A stretch of DNA of 64,000 nt, taken from contig CM059432.1 of NCBI GenBank assembly GCA_030390025.1, positions 138,324,001 to 138,388,000 of the forward strand. The letters are read 5' to 3'. The first letter of the stretch is position 1. Each line of letters starts with the position of its first letter. Positions 62,363-64,000 of this stretch are shown one piece after another. Under the pieces are notes generated by a model. It worked only from the letters and a program-made list of their open reading frames with translations, was not told the DNA's origin and searched no databases. This DNA comes from Squalus acanthias (Eukaryota). A program made the translations under genes and the position numbers.

Positions 62363-62834
62363 TGCAAGGTGGCCAATGTAAATGTGCTGACATGTAGGTG
62401 GATGCGGCTCAATGTTGCATTACAATGCATCTTAACTACATTTCACTCTAAACCATTAACACAGAGGGAGAACGCACTGCACTTTGCCAACTATTCACAT
62501 ACTTTCTGAATGCACCGACATACTAAATATTGTACCAGGACACTGTGTAATGTTGCCATGCCAACTTGTTCATAGGTGTCTCATTAAATGTGGCAAGCAA
62601 CAAGCACCAAGTCCAAGGTTCATGAATGTACCGTGTTCACACACTCAAATGAGGTGGCTGGTGGCCTGGACATTTGGGTGGTGCACATCTTTTCATGCAT
62701 TCCTCCTTCCATCCATCGTATGTCCCTTTTCTATCTGCTTGCACGCGAAGGCTGCACATAACAGGAGACAACGTATCCAACTGAGAAAGGCAGGGGATGG
62801 CGTGAATGATGGGAGGTGTCTCTTGGGTTTAACT

Positions 62835-63220
62835 CGCATCCGTAACTCAAATCCCTCCATGGCCTCGCCCCCACCCCTCCCCATCTCTGTAACCTCCTCC
62901 AGCCCTACAACCCTCCGAGATCTCGGCGCTCCTCCAATTCTGGCCACTTGCGAATCCCCAATTTTCATCGCTCCACCATTGGCGGCTGTGCCTTCAGCCG
63001 TCTAGGCCCTAAGCTCTGGAATTCCCTCCCTAAACCTCTCCGCCTCTCTCTCCTCCTTTAAGACGCTCCTTCAAACCTACTCCTTTGACCAAGCTTTCGG
63101 TCACCCCCACCCCTAATATCTCCTTATGTGGCGCGGTGTCAAATTTGTCTGATAACACTCCTGTGAAGCACCATGGAACGTTTTAGTACATTAAAGGGCG
63201 CTATTTATAAATGTAAGTTG
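62835..63220 (+). mobile_element. L2-clade LINE 3' fragment
   Basis: Same family as 24452-24912. Confidence 0.87.
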
Positions 63221-64000
63221 CCCTTGTGGTTGCCTCTCGATTTACCTCGCTTTTTCTCTTACTCTTTCCTACCTTGGTGATGTCTGCACTGTGTGTCCTG
63301 ACCCCTCGCTTTGTGGTTTTTTTTCCATGGTTAAGAAGAGGTCCTTGGAGGAGGGTGGTCAATTGAGGAGTCGGGCAGGTTGGCTCCAAACCGGTCAGTC
63401 TGCAGGTCATTGTTAACGATGAACTGACTGGAACCAACAATAGCTCAAAAACAGCCGTCACTCTGAACCGCCGCAGTCTCCTACTGTCATGAACTTGTGA
63501 GTTTAAAAGGAATTAATGGATTACATTAAATAAAATAATAAAAAATGTCAGCCGACAGTGAGTAACTGCTGCTCTTTGATGTTTTATAATTCACTTCCAA
63601 CGTCTGGACATGAAGTCATACTTTTTTCAGAGGCCTGACCTAGAATAAAAACTGACTTCAATTAACCCTACATTTGTTTCAATAGTTGACTCAGTTAAGA
63701 CTTTACAGAATCTTTCAGCTCTATGCACAGTTCTAATAATGAAGCCAAATTAATTTCAAGTGGATTTCAGTCCACAAAATAAACTTTTCTCGTTATTAAA
63801 ATTTCTTTCTTCACTAATAGAAGCTGAGCTGGAATTTTCGCAGGGTCATTACCCAGGTGAGAGAGTGGGCGAGTGTGTGGGGCTTCCACTCATCCGAGAC
63901 GTACGTGGCCCTGATTTTAACTCCAGGTGGATTTCCCCGCTCAGGCCCGAGCTCAGATTACAGGCGGGTCTCGATGATGTCATCGGGCCGCAACATGCAT

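Larger units (their letters stand above)
61380..62800 (+). pseudogene. Highly degenerate Harbinger Myb/SANT gene remnant
   Basis: LLQKVLQSRVALL...MNTVSPVAQEWRKRGSNLL (about 61735-61918) resembles exon 1; AKAAHNRRQRIQL from 62745 after a pyrimidine tract resembles exon 2 (AKVAHNRREQERT); interrupted by two SINEs. Confidence 0.5.

Noticed and set aside
63826..64000. Start of another Harbinger-like MITE (gagctggaatttt; ggccctgatttt; gatgatgtcatc)
   Set aside because: Truncated by the window edge; no partner TIR or TSD to confirm.
1..64000. CRISPR array or prokaryotic defence system
   Set aside because: No constant repeat-unique spacer structure and no operon-like coding density; content is vertebrate TEs and simple repeats.

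Overview
Repeat-rich vertebrate DNA with no recognisable host protein-coding gene. It is most likely from a shark or ray: it carries an HE1-like V-SINE, a DeuSINE (SacSINE1-like), and CR1/HER1-like, L2 and RTE LINE fragments; the species cannot be determined from sequence alone. The main structured system is a PIF/Harbinger DNA-transposon family. One full-length but inactivated two-gene element lies at 1271-5207 (3-exon Myb/SANT-like gene on +, convergent DDE transposase on -), together with about seven deleted or degenerate relatives. Several of these share subterminal architecture: a TTAGCGCC-N7-GGCGCTAA dyad, a TGACGTCA site about 160-170 bp from an end, and inward-facing TTAAAGG(GG) boxes. 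The window also has hAT-type MITEs with 8-bp TSDs, many nested insertions, a 16.4-kb hierarchically duplicated (TG)n array, a 1.9-kb C-rich minisatellite, and TE-free islands rich in MEIS/PBX-HOX motifs that look like developmental enhancers. The very long ORFs in the supplied track are low-complexity artefacts. I cannot demonstrate a truly novel system; the best leads are the Harbinger cis-architecture, the TG-array history and the candidate enhancers. Family names come from motif recognition, not database searches, and boundaries without a TSD are approximate.
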